From an uncultured delta proteobacterium (GTDB taxonomy: Bacteria > Desulfobacterota > Binatia > UBA9968), in assembly GCA_963727625.1 (NCBI GenBank), contig CAVSHR010000008.1:192001-256000 (forward strand): 64,000 nt of DNA, given 5' to 3'. The position numbers were made by a program, and so were the translations under genes. Position 1 is the stretch's first letter; the number at the start of each line of letters is the position of its first letter. The notes under the pieces were generated by a model that worked only from the letters and a program-made list of their open reading frames with translations, was not told where the DNA came from and did not search any database. Positions 31,357 through 43,746 of this stretch are shown here, one piece after another.

Positions 31357-31968
31357 ATGGTCGAGCGCCAAATGCGCTGGCGCGGCATCAAGGACGAAAA
31401 AGTCTTGGCGGCGATGCAAGCGCTGCCACGCCACTTGTTCGTGCCCGAGCCCATGCGCGCATTCGCTTATGATGACCGGCCGCTGCCAATTGGCTCGAGC
31501 CAGACGATCTCGCAACCTTACCTTGTGGCTTTTATGACCGAGCTGCTGGAATTGCAACCGACGGATAACGTTCTCGAAATCGGCACCGGCTCGGGCTATC
31601 AAACGGCGGTTTTGGCGCAACTAGTCGCGGTGGTATACTCGATCGAAATCTTGCCGGCGCTCGGCGCTGGCGCCAAAAAAATCCTCGCTTCCCTTGGCTA
31701 CCAAAACGTCGAGTTCAAGATCGGCGACGGATTTTACGGATGGCCGAAACGCGCCCCGTTCGATGCCATCCTGCTGACGGCCGCCGCCCCGAAAATACCC
31801 GAGCCACTCTGGCGCCAGTTGCGCGAAGGCGGGCGCCTGGTAATGCCCCTCGGCGAAGAACGGCAGACGCAGACATTGATCCGTGCCAGAAAGGTGGCGG
31901 GTGAGCCTGTCATCGAGGATTTCAGCGAGGTTCTTTTCGTGCCGTTGCGGGGCGCGATGCAGAAGTAG
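31357..31968 (+). CDS. pcm: Protein-L-isoaspartate O-methyltransferase
   Basis: PRHLFV, QTISQPY, VLEIGTGSGYQ, PFDAI; the start may lie upstream, with a possible signal-like extension from about 31240. Confidence 0.92.
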   Translation: MVERQMRWRGIKDEKVLAAMQALPRHLFVPEPMRAFAYDDRPLPIGSSQTISQPYLVAFMTELLELQPTDNVLEIGTGSGYQTAVLAQLVAVVYSIEILPALGAGAKKILASLGYQNVEFKIGDGFYGWPKRAPFDAILLTAAAPKIPEPLWRQLREGGRLVMPLGEERQTQTLIRARKVAGEPVIEDFSEVLFVPLRGAMQK

Positions 31969-32299
31969 ATTGGTTTAAATCTTGGCGCGCCGCACCGCGC
32001 GAGGTCGGGCTCTGAAAACGATAGACCACTTCGCCGGGCCGGACCATGTTGAGCTCTTCGCGGGCGAGTTTTTCCAGATAATCGTCGTCGTTGCGGATGC
32101 GAAATATGCGCTGGCGCAGGTTTTCGTTTTCCCGCTGGAGAAGGAAATTCTGCTCGTCGAGCCGGCTTTTTTCGCCGTGCAAGCGCCATAGATACAAGGC
32201 GCCGCGCTCGCCGACGATGGTGACCAAAGACAGCGATATAATCAGCATGCCGAGTAAATAGATCGGCCAGCGTTGGGGTAGGCTTACGCGTAGAGGCAT
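31922..32299 (-). CDS. ftsB: Septum formation initiator FtsB/DivIC
   Basis: TM plus coiled coil plus LEKLAREELNMVRPGEVVY. Confidence 0.85.
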   Translation of the reverse strand: MPLRVSLPQRWPIYLLGMLIISLSLVTIVGERGALYLWRLHGEKSRLDEQNFLLQRENENLRQRIFRIRNDDDYLEKLAREELNMVRPGEVVYRFQSPTSRGAARQDLNQSTSASRPATARKEPR

Positions 32300-32352
32300 G
32301 GTTTGGACACTTGGCAATATAGCATATTTTATGGTTTTGTCTTGGTGAATAA

Positions 32353-34357
<2,005 letters not shown>

Positions 34358-34957
34358 GGCCATGCGCGTCGACGAGCAATCGGTTCAGTTCTGATGACCG
34401 GAGACGATGCAATTGCCGATAATTTCTTATGTTTGCGCGTTTGTGGTTCTGGGAAGGTCAGGGGATCTCGGCATAGAACACAGCTCGCAGCTCATCTCTG
34501 TACGGCGAGCATTAGCCGGATGAAGTTTAGGCGCTGTATGGGTCTTGTTTGCCGCGCTTGACAGTTCTAGGTCTAAATTGTTCAATTATTGCCAGAATAG
34601 TGTGCTTGATTTCCGCCAAGCGGCGGTTTGCACGACGTATTTATTAAGTTTTTAGCAGTGCTGTCTAGTGGCACATAATTGGCTAGTAACAGCAGCGGAC
34701 TGATACAAATGAGGTGCAGGCAGACAAAAGTTTGCGGCGAAGAGCTGGAGAACCCGTCGGAGCAGAAGTTAGACGGCGCCCTTCATATGGAAAAACAGCC
34801 TCTAGGTTCGCCGGCTTGTCTCCGCCTGTTCGCCGCCGATAGCTCTCCGACCCGTGCGTCTTGTTCCGAAATTGGCTGTTGATCAAGAATTGACGGCTCA
34901 TCGGATAGGGTGCGGGGGGTCTCGTTATTTTCTAGTTTGTTTGTAAGCTCGTAGTCC

Positions 34958-35677
34958 ATGAAGACAGATCGGATATCGACCGGAATTACCGGGCTCGACG
35001 GATTGATCGAAGGGGGGTTGATCGAAGGAAAAACCTACTTGGTGGTCGGTGCACCGGGCACGGGCAAGACCATTTTGGGATTGCAGTTTCTGATGGGCGG
35101 CCTTCTGCAGAAGGAAAAGGGGCTGTATGTTACCATCGACGAAAAACCCGCCGAAGTCATCGAACAGGCGGCTTCGTTGGGCTGGGACCTCGGTCCCTAT
35201 GTCGAAGCCAAGGAATTTCTCATTCTTGATGCCTCCGCCTATTTTAACACAAGGATGACGGATAACCCGGGAAGGCATGTTGATGTTCAACGGGTGCTCA
35301 CCGACCTCAACACCTACATCACGAGGCTCGGTGCGTCCCGATTGGTGATCGATCCGATCGGTCCGCTGATCTTTAGCGGCGACGCGACCTCGCGCATGAT
35401 CGATCAAGCGCGCATGTTATTTTACGGCCTTCAAGCCAACGGTAAGACGACCAATCTGCTGACCACCTACGCGGTCGAGAGACAGGTGAGAGGAATCGAG
35501 GAATATTTCGTATCGGGGACCCTGGTTCTGGAAATGGAGCGGGTAAATAGCCGCTTTATGCGGACTCTGACAATCGAGAAAATGCGCAGCACGGCGCTCG
35601 AACCGGCCCAGTACAACTTCAACATTCAACCTGATTGTGGCATCGTACTGCAGGGGCTGGCCGATATTGCCGGTTGA
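34958..35677 (+). CDS. Single-domain KaiC/RecA-superfamily ATPase
   Basis: ISTGITGLDGLIEGG, GAPGTGKT, RLVID, IEKMRS. Confidence 0.85.
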   Translation: MKTDRISTGITGLDGLIEGGLIEGKTYLVVGAPGTGKTILGLQFLMGGLLQKEKGLYVTIDEKPAEVIEQAASLGWDLGPYVEAKEFLILDASAYFNTRMTDNPGRHVDVQRVLTDLNTYITRLGASRLVIDPIGPLIFSGDATSRMIDQARMLFYGLQANGKTTNLLTTYAVERQVRGIEEYFVSGTLVLEMERVNSRFMRTLTIEKMRSTALEPAQYNFNIQPDCGIVLQGLADIAG

Positions 35678-35765
35678 CATGAATCCACGCTGAACTTTAG
35701 CGGTACGATCCGCTGGGTCGCTTTTATTTCGCCGGACAAATTGCCTATAAAAGATTGCCGCTGCT

Positions 35766-36101
35766 TTAACTGCGCTGCATCCCAGCGTACGCGGCGATGC
35801 CGTGCGCCAAAACTTCAGCGACACCGGCGGTAATCTCGGTGGCGTCGTAGCGCACACCGATGACCGCGTTGGCGCCGAGTTGAGCGGCATGCTCGACCAT
35901 CAAGCGATGCGCGTCTTCGCGCGCCATCTCGCAGCGCTCGCTGTAATGTGTGATGTTGCCGCCGAACAGTGTCTGCACGCATGCACCGATGCTGCCAACG
36001 ATGCTGCGCGAATGCCCTACGATACCGCGTACTACCCCAAGACTTTGCCTCACTCGGTAGCCGGGAAGCTCTATCGCGGTGGTGATAAGATTAGCGTCGA
36101 T
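35766..36101 (-). pseudogene. YbjQ (UPF0145) family gene, apparently lacking a start codon
   Basis: In-frame IDANLITTAIELPGYRVRQSLGVVRGI...GANAVIGVRYD; no ATG at the expected start and an aberrant C-terminus. Confidence 0.6.
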
Positions 36102-36238
36102 CCAAACAAACCGACTAAAATCATTAAGACAGTGAACAAGAATGTCCCCGTCATTTGTCTACCTCGTGAATTTGTTGTGCTAGTTCCCTATCATTACGAT
36201 TATGTAAAGCAAAGTGGGATAGACGATTTCTCGGCGTT

Positions 36239-36631
36239 TTAACGGCCTCGTTTGGTGAAGCGGGCGATCGCTCTGCGGTTCTTTTTCGTTGGGCGGGCGG
36301 GCGAGCCGAATTCCGGCGGGCGTTCGAGTTTGATCAGCGCGATGGCGGCTTCGCGTTGGCGCAGACTTTCCTCGGTTTCCTCGTAGAGTCGTTCTGCCTG
36401 CGCCGCCGGGCCGCGCAAACGTGTCACGGCTTTGATAATGACCGTCCATTGGTACGGGCCGCGCCGGACGGTCAAGCGCTCGCCGCCGCGAACGACGCGG
36501 CTGGGCTTGGGGCGTTCGCCATCGATCTCGATTTTGCCGCCGCTTACCGCGTCGGCGGCCAGAGACCGGGTCTTAAAAAAGCGCGCGGCCCAGAGCCATT
36601 TATCGAGCCTGATTTCTTTACAATCCTCCAT
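36239..36631 (-). CDS. hslR: Heat shock protein 15 (S4 RNA-binding)
   Basis: RLDKWLWAARFFKTRSLA, RPTKKNRR. Confidence 0.92.
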   Translation of the reverse strand: MEDCKEIRLDKWLWAARFFKTRSLAADAVSGGKIEIDGERPKPSRVVRGGERLTVRRGPYQWTVIIKAVTRLRGPAAQAERLYEETEESLRQREAAIALIKLERPPEFGSPARPTKKNRRAIARFTKRGR

Positions 36632-36643
36632 CGTCGCGCGCCG

Positions 36644-37405
36644 CTAACCCTTGCTTTGCGGCCAAGGAAATTCGGGTAGCGTGCTGTTCTGTAAAATTTT
36701 GTAGTCCGTCAAGTCTACCTGCAAGGGTGTTACCGAAACGTAGCCTTCGGCGACGGTTTTGCAGTCGGTTCCTTCTTCATCGGCAAAGCCGAGATCGTCG
36801 CCGCCGATCCAGTAGTACTTGCCGCCCCGCGGATCGACGCGCTCGACGATGTTTTCGCTGTAATGCCGCTTGCCCATACGCGTCACCCGCCAGCCTTTGA
36901 TCTCGTTTTTGGGGCAGGGTGGAATATTCACGTTGAGGAGCGTCTTCGGGGGAATGCCGCGCGCAGCGATGTGCTCGACCAAGGTAGCCGTGAATTCGGC
37001 GGCGGCGCGGAAATCGAAATCTTTGAAAGCCACCAGCGATACGGCGATTGCCGGTATGCCGAGCAGCGCCCCTTCGATGGCGGCGGAAACCGTGCCGGAA
37101 TAAATGATGTCATCGCCCAGGTTGGGTCCCTTGTTGATTCCGGAGACGACGAGATCGGGCTTCATCGGCAACAGGCCGGTCAGCGAAAGTTTCACGCAAT
37201 CCACAGGAGTTCCGTCGACGGCCAAACGGCGCGGCGCCAGTTCATGAACGCGCAACGGTCGGTGCAGCGTCAGCGCATGGCTCATGGAACTCTGCGCCCG
37301 GTCCGGAGCGACGGTAAAAATCTCGCCGACTTTACCGAGAATCGTTTCCAGCGCCGTGAGCCCTTCGGACTGGATGCCGTCATCGTTGGAAAGCAAAATA
37401 TTCAT
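36644..37405 (-). CDS. surE: 5'/3'-nucleotidase SurE
   Basis: ILLSNDDG, GTPVDCV, VSGIN.GPN, YSGTV. Confidence 0.95.
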   Translation of the reverse strand: MNILLSNDDGIQSEGLTALETILGKVGEIFTVAPDRAQSSMSHALTLHRPLRVHELAPRRLAVDGTPVDCVKLSLTGLLPMKPDLVVSGINKGPNLGDDIIYSGTVSAAIEGALLGIPAIAVSLVAFKDFDFRAAAEFTATLVEHIAARGIPPKTLLNVNIPPCPKNEIKGWRVTRMGKRHYSENIVERVDPRGGKYYWIGGDDLGFADEEGTDCKTVAEGYVSVTPLQVDLTDYKILQNSTLPEFPWPQSKG

Positions 37406-37512
37406 GAAACCATTCTCGCAAAGTAGCCGCGAACGGACAAGCTCCCGGTGACTTGTATCGCGCGCCGCCGCTAAGCTATAAATTTGAGGCAAGTCTTAAG
37501 GAGAGATGTTCT

Positions 37513-38764
37513 ATGGCGACCGCGGAAATCGTGGCGATCGGTTCGGAATTGCTGCTCGGACAAATCGTCGACACCAATTCAGCGTGGATGGCGCAGCGGC
37601 TGACCGCGTTGGGCGTGAATTTATATTTTAAATCCGTGGTCGGCGACAATCCTGGGCGGATGAAAGAGGTGTTGTCCCGGGCGTTAGAGCGCGCCGACAT
37701 CGTCATCACCAGCGGCGGACTGGGACCAACGCAGGATGATTTGACTCGGGAAATCGTTGCCGAGGTGACCGGTCGCAAGCTGATTCAAAATGCCGCGATG
37801 CTGGAGCAGGTCGAAGAGCATTTTCGCCGGCGCGGCCGGACCATGACACCGAACAACATTCGGCAATCGTATATGCCGGAAGGAGCGATCCCGGTCAAAA
37901 ATCCCAACGGCACGGCGCCCTGTTTTATCGTCGAGGACCCGCGCGGGGTGATTTACTCTCTGCCAGGGGTCCCCGTTGAGCTCAAATGGTTGTTCGAAAA
38001 CGAGGTCGAACCTTACCTCCGACAAAAATTCAACCTGGCGGAAGTCATTCACTACCGTGTGCTCAAGATCGTCGGCATCGGCGAGAGCGCGGTGGACGAC
38101 AAGGTCGGCCACTTGATTGCTAACTCCAGCAATCCAACCGTCGGCGTATTGGCCTTGCCGGGTCAGGTCGATGTCCGGATTGCTGCCAAGGCGGCGAACA
38201 AAGACGAGGCGAAGCAAATGATCGCGCCGGTGGAGGCCGAAGTGCGCGAGCTGTTGGGCAGCGCCATTTTTGCCGCCGACGATGAAACCATGGAGCACGT
38301 CGTCGGCAAGCTCTTGCGCGGACAGAAAAAAACCGTGGCGGCGTGCGAGGATTTGACCTGTGGCCAATTGGCCGAACGTCTGCAAACGGCAAGCCTGGAG
38401 AGCTTCGGCGCGGGTTTTATCTGCAACAGCGAGAGTTCGCTGCGCACCCTGCTCAAAAATTCACAGGAGCGACAAAAGATCGACGCCCTGCTCAAAGACC
38501 CGGTAGCGCTGACGGACCAGCTCGCACGGGCGGCACGCGAGTTATCGGGCTGCGACTTTGGCCTGGCCTTGCACGCGATCGCGGACCCCGATAAGCAAAA
38601 TTCAAAATCTCGCCCGCGGTCAAACCTACGTCTCGCTTACCGACGGCCGCCATTTTCTGCGGCGCGAAAACACCAGTGCCGGGCGGGGCGCCTACGATCG
38701 CTCGCGTATGACGCTCAACGCCATCGATCTATTGCGCACGGCGCTGATCCAGGGAATGGAATAA
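37513..38764 (+). CDS. cinA: CinA-family protein (MoCF-biosynthesis domain plus degenerate PncC domain); frameshift near 38600
   Basis: GSELLLGQIVDTN, GGLGPTQDDLT, LPGVP. The C-terminus continues in the 38558-38764 frame, whereas the annotated ORF runs into pepF. Confidence 0.8.
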
Positions 38765-38793
38765 CAATACTTCGGGTCTTCGGAGATGGGTTT

Positions 38794-40597
38794 CTAATGG
38801 GCGGGGAGCACTCTCGGGGCGAGTGTCTGCAATTGACTCAAAGGCTCTTCCAGGCTCTTGATTGCGGCAACCCAGAAATCCGGTTTCTCAAGATCTTCAC
38901 CGATCGTGCGTTTGACCACATTCTCGGCCGTGTCGCTCGCTGCGAGACGGAGAAACTCCTCATATTTGGGCAAAAAGCTCGAACCTTCTTTCTTTAGCCT
39001 GCCGTAAAGACCGCGGCTAAGCAGGTAGCCGAACATGTACGGGAAGTTATAAAAGGTCAGGCCGGTGATATAAAAGTGCAGTTTCGAAGCCCAGAAATAA
39101 GGGTCTTCGCCACCTGCCTCCAAGACTTCGCCGAGAATTTGTCGCTGAGTTTCGACCATCAATTCTTTCAACCGTGAGACGCTCAGCGGACCCGTGCTCC
39201 GTTCTTCATAAAGACGCTTCTCGAATTCATAGCGCACGGGAATATCCAAGAGATAAATCGCGCCGTGGCCGAGCTCGACATCGAGGATCAAAGCCTTTTG
39301 TTGGGCGCTGATATTGGGATCGTCGAGCAAGCCGTTCATCAAAACCTGCTCGCCGAAGGTCGAGGCGGTTTCCGCCAGGGTCATCGGGTATCCGCGCGCG
39401 TAAGGTCGCATATTCCTCATGATGAAACCGTGGAAAGCGTGGCCCGATTCGTGGGCCAGCGTCAGCACGTCGCCGAGGGATTCATTGTAGGTCATGAAAA
39501 TCCGCGATTCCTTGGTCAGCATCGAGCTGGTGCAAAAACCGCCGGGTCGTTTACTCGTGCGCGGTTCCCAGTCAATCCAGTTTTTAGCGACGATTTGCTC
39601 GCGGAAAAATGTTCCCAGTCTTTCATAGGCGCGAGCGAACGACCGGCCGACCAGCGATTGGGCAGACTCCCAGGTAAGTTTGTCTTGATCGGGGAAATCG
39701 ATCGGCGCGCCGAGATCGAACCAGGCGATCCCCTGACGGCCCATAATCTTTGCTTTCGATTGCAAAATCCGCCTCGGCACGTCCAGGTTGGCGAACAGCG
39801 CCTCGAACATGGCATCGAGAGTTTTGCGCTTAATCGCCGCTTGGAACAAGGCGATGTCGAGAAAGTGATTGACGCCGCGGTGGCGATTGAGGGTGAGCCG
39901 GGTGCCTGCGATGGCATTGAGCGCGCCGGCAGCCACGTCTTCGATCGATTGCCAGGCCAGATTGCCGCCGGTAAAAGCCGCTTGGCGAATGCGCCGGTCG
40001 GGATGCTCCAGCAACGAACGGCGCTGCGACATCGGTACGCGCTTGCGTGAGCCATCCGGGAAATCCATTTCGAATTCGAGCTTGGATGAAACCGTATCGT
40101 AGAGCCGGCCCCACGCTTGAATTCCGTCCACTCCGAGGTCGGTGGCCAACATTTCTTCATTGACAGACATGGCACGGTGAGCTTCCTCGCGCAGCCGGTT
40201 CAAGTAGTTTTGCGCGCCATCGAGAGCGGCTCTGCCGGCGAATCGACAAAACGAATCCTCCGGGCTGTCTTTGAAGGCGCGCAAGAGCTCGATGCGCACC
40301 TTGGCAAGCTCGGCGCGCGTGCGGATAAGCTCGGCTTCTTCCTTGAGGTAAGCTTCGTTATGCGCGTCGGCGGAGGTGAGGCAGGTGATGTACGAGCTTA
40401 GATGGGACATGCGCTGGGATAACTCCTCGTTGCGCAGCAGCAAGCTTTCCCAAGCTTGGGCGGATGCATCAGCTGAGGCTGGGAAGCGCCGCAGCGCTTT
40501 CACGTAACGCGGCGATGTCTTTTCGCAGCGATGCTTTGAAGCGCTGCATCTCCGCGCCGTTGAATTCTGCGAAATAACTCGTGAGATCCCAGGTCAT
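38794..40597 (-). CDS. pepF: M3 oligoendopeptidase F; frameshift near 40472
   Basis: TLAHESGHAFH zinc motif, AETASTF, FYNFPY; N-terminus MTWDLTSYF (ATG 40597) is in another frame. Confidence 0.85.
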
Positions 40598-40639
40598 TTT
40601 ACGGATCAGCGCAGGGTAGGTTAGAAACCCGCCCTGTGG

Positions 40640-41617
40640 CTAAATTTCCACATTCGTGCCGATTCCTTTCTCCAAGGCTTTGCGATAGACGAGATTTGCC
40701 GCAGCGACATCTTGAATCGCGATACCGACCGACTTGTAGAGCGTCAGCTCATCGCGCCGGGTCCGCCCCGGCTTGATCTTGGCGAGCACTTCGCCGATCT
40801 CGCCATGAATGTGATTTTCGCGGATCGACTTTTCTTTCAGGGCAAGCAGGATATCGCCGCACTCGGCCATGATCGCGGCACGGGAGTCGACGACGATTGT
40901 CGCGCGCGCCAACGTTTGCCCGTCGATCTCGCGCAGATCCGGGCGATGGGAACCCACCGCGTTGATATGGGCGCCGGCTTTGAGCCATTCGACTTTTAAT
41001 ATCGGTTCTTTGGCGGTGGTCGCGGTCACCACGATGTCTGCATCGCGAACCACTGCTTCCGCGCTCTGGGCGACTTCTATGGCGGCGTCTACCAGAGGGG
41101 TCAGCTCTTTCTGAACGGCGACGGCGCTGGTTCCCGACGGGCTGTAGAGCTTGATTTTCTCGATCTTGCGCACCCGGGTGAGCGCCTGGATATGCGCGCG
41201 CGCTTGCACCCCTGCGCCGAGAATTCCCAGCACCGGCGTCTCCGCATTGGCCAATATTTTTGTCGACAGGGCCGACGCACAGGCGGTGCGGATCGCGGTG
41301 ATGTAGCTGCCATCCATGGTCGCAATCATTCGGCCGGTCTCGGCGCTAAAAAGCATGATGGTGGCGAGAATCGCAGGCAGCCCTCGTTTGGAATTTTCTT
41401 GAAAGTAGGTGACGACCTTCATGCCGAGGGCTTGATCCTCAGACAAAAATCCCGGCATGCTGGTGATGCGTCCTTGAATCTGCGGCAGCGGCACGACTAA
41501 GCGCACCGGCATGACCGCCTTGCCGGTGGAATATTGGACATGGGCCTGCGCCAGAGCTGCGATCAAGTCGTCGATATTGATCAGACTCCGAACTTGTTTT
41601 TCTGAGAGCACCAGCAC
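40640..41617 (-). CDS. Ornithine cyclodeaminase / mu-crystallin family protein
   Basis: ITAIRTA, ILGAGVQA, HINAVGS, YKSVGIAIQD. Confidence 0.9.
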   Translation of the reverse strand: MLVLSEKQVRSLINIDDLIAALAQAHVQYSTGKAVMPVRLVVPLPQIQGRITSMPGFLSEDQALGMKVVTYFQENSKRGLPAILATIMLFSAETGRMIATMDGSYITAIRTACASALSTKILANAETPVLGILGAGVQARAHIQALTRVRKIEKIKLYSPSGTSAVAVQKELTPLVDAAIEVAQSAEAVVRDADIVVTATTAKEPILKVEWLKAGAHINAVGSHRPDLREIDGQTLARATIVVDSRAAIMAECGDILLALKEKSIRENHIHGEIGEVLAKIKPGRTRRDELTLYKSVGIAIQDVAAANLVYRKALEKGIGTNVEI

Positions 41618-41679
41618 GATTATTTTGATAGCATAAAGAGCGCGGCGATGGGTAGTGGAATTAGCAGGGAGACGCCAGG

Positions 41680-42219
41680 ATGAAGCACAAACATCTTATT
41701 CAGTTGGACGAAGTCCAGGTGGACAAGATCAAGGCGCCGGAAAATTCCCGCTTCGGCGGCGAACGCCGGCGTGTCGGGGCGCATATCGGCGCAGAGAAAT
41801 TGGGCTACAGCTTTTGTGCCGTGCCGCCGGGGAAGGCGGCGTTTCCTTTTCACTCTCACAGCGGCAACGAGGAAATGATCTACATCATCGAAGGCGAGGG
41901 GACCCTGCGCTTCGGCGCGGAGGAACTGCCGATCGAGTCGCAAACGATCATCGCCTGTCCGCCGGGCAGCCACTGTCCGCATCAACTGATCAACACAGGG
42001 ACGGGCGAGCTGCGCTATCTGGTCGTCAGCACGATGGCTTATCCCGACCTGACCGAGTATCCAGATTCGAATAAAGTCGGTGCTCTAGGCGCAGCCGCCG
42101 TCGGTTCGCAGGCCGGCTTCCGGGCGTTTTTCGTTAAGGACAACAATGCCGATTACTACGCCGGCGAGGATGGCCAAGCCATCGAGCGCATCATCAAAGC
42201 GCCGCGCCGCGACGCATAG
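41680..42219 (+). CDS. Cupin domain protein
   Basis: PFHSHSGNEEMIYIIEG...HQLINTG, EYPDSNK. Confidence 0.85.
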   Translation: MKHKHLIQLDEVQVDKIKAPENSRFGGERRRVGAHIGAEKLGYSFCAVPPGKAAFPFHSHSGNEEMIYIIEGEGTLRFGAEELPIESQTIIACPPGSHCPHQLINTGTGELRYLVVSTMAYPDLTEYPDSNKVGALGAAAVGSQAGFRAFFVKDNNADYYAGEDGQAIERIIKAPRRDA

Positions 42220-42226
42220 AACTTCG

Positions 42227-42448
42227 TTACTGCTTGGGTTCTTTGTCGGCTTCTTCCAGGGCGGCCTTGTTCTTGTCTTCGCTCTCCTTGAGCGAATCCT
42301 TGGCGCTATCCAGTGCGTTGAAGGGCTGGGTTACGACTTCCTTGACGGCTTCGCGGCCCTTGGACACGGTTTCCTTTTTCGCGTCGCAGCCGTAGAAAAT
42401 CAACGATCCGGCACTCACCAAAAGCATAACGAAGAACCATCTTTTCAT
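42227..42448 (-). CDS. Small lipoprotein
   Basis: Signal peptide ending FYGC; charged helical tail. Confidence 0.65.
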   Translation of the reverse strand: MKRWFFVMLLVSAGSLIFYGCDAKKETVSKGREAVKEVVTQPFNALDSAKDSLKESEDKNKAALEEADKEPKQ

Positions 42449-42543
42449 AGCGCGGCCTGATCCTTACCGGCGACCTCTTGCAGAGCCTTCGGCTGTTGTC
42501 AGGTCCATTGAGCAAATAATCAAAGCCCGACACTGAGCTTTCT

Positions 42544-42700
42544 CTCGGATGATGCAGGTGACGAGGGCGGCATTTCAAGCCGTGGCGAACCTGAATGAAC
42601 AGGCCACTGACTCTAAGAGCCACACCCGCGTCTAAATTTCTTTGCAGAATTCTTTCTAAATCCCGCTACCTGCTAAATTCCTATGGTAGACCCTATTCCC
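42544..42700. repeat. About 155-bp non-coding element, copy 1
   Basis: Closely similar to 44771-44926; ends ...AAATTCCTATGGTAGACCCTATTCCC. Confidence 0.9.
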
Positions 42701-42734
42701 TCTCGATCAGATGGTAGAAGGCACCGTCAAACTC
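42701..42734 (-). pseudogene. Micro-remnant of the Y1 transposase gene
   Basis: ATGGTAGAAGGCACCGTCAAACTC (42711-42734) is identical to 50252-50275; TCTCGATCAG also occurs in the transposase. Confidence 0.75.
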
Positions 42735-43045
42735 CGAACTGCTTCTATGTTATTTTTCATTAAAAACTTTACCAATTTGGTTCAAATTGATTTTTCGAAT
42801 GATCGCATGCTTGCGAATCTTCGATAACCACTCCTTGTAAGCTGGGTCGATCCGTCGTTCAACAATACAGGTAAGGACCACTTGGGTATTCTTTACTTTC
42901 CCAATCGTTTGGATCGTGAAGATATAACATATATGAGATTACGCGACTTTTGTCCTTCAATCAATACGTAAGTTCCTGGATAATCCAGATTGAAATCTGC
43001 GACGACAATATCAACCATGTCCGTATAAGATGGACTCCCTGAAGC

Positions 43046-43563
43046 TTAACGCTGTCTTTCAATAACCATTAAACTGTTTTGAAAACCGTCTCAATTATTT
43101 TTTCCTTCGTCGGAAGTCGAGCGGTGCTAGAAGTGACGATCCGGGCAGGTCGAAGTGCAATGTCAAAACGTTCGGCCATGACTTACGGTGTTTGGTGGAA
43201 ATTTACCCAAAAATCTGGCGGTTGTATGTTCAAGCGGTCGTTAGGCGCTGTTACGAATTGTGACAAAAGCCGTCAGAATTCTCAAGTAAGCCTTTATAGT
43301 AATATGAAAGCGGTTCTCCTTGAAAGTTTCGGAGGTGTTTACGAAGCGCAACAAAGTCCGGCCATTATAGAACTTAACATGGATAGGCAATGACTTTCCC
43401 AACTGATATTAGGACGTTTATGCCAGAAAACATCGCGGCAAATATCACGCACAATAGCATTTTTCACGGAGCCCAAGAGGACATTGATAGGTTCAGCCGC
43501 GAGAACAGAGCGAAGTAAACAAAATGCAGCAAAAAGCAGAACCATGTAAAATTGCCGATTCAC
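43046..43563 (-). pseudogene. Degraded exported (immunity-like) gene with signal peptide
   Basis: Starts MNRQFYMVLLFAAFCLLRSVLAAE just after the SleB-like tip; multiple frameshifts downstream; 3' end approximate. Confidence 0.5.
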
Positions 43564-43576
43564 GTTTCCCTCGCGT

Positions 43577-43718
43577 TAACGTAATTGCCGATAAAAATAA
43601 GCGTTGCCAATCCGCTCCGTAAACTCAAGTTTCCCTTGATTAATAAGAGGTCTAAAACTTTCCGGTATTCTCTTTCCATGATGGTACATTATCGCTCCTC
43701 CGGTCGGATCAGGTGACT
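43577..43718 (-). pseudogene. Orphan toxin tip, SleB/Hydrolase_2 cell-wall hydrolase-like C-terminus
   Basis: Manual translation QSPDPTGGAIMYHHG...TERIGNAYFYRQLR* matches the DPTxGAxxY...IGxHxFY pattern of SleB-family enzymes. Confidence 0.6.
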
Positions 43719-43728
43719 GGAATCTGGT

Positions 43729-43746
43729 GTCAGGCCTGAGTATTGA
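43729..43746. repeat. Element inverted repeat, 3' end of transposase copy 1
   Basis: GTCAGGCCTGAGTATTGA within ATCTGGTGTCAGGCCTGAGTATTGACTATTT. Confidence 0.9.
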
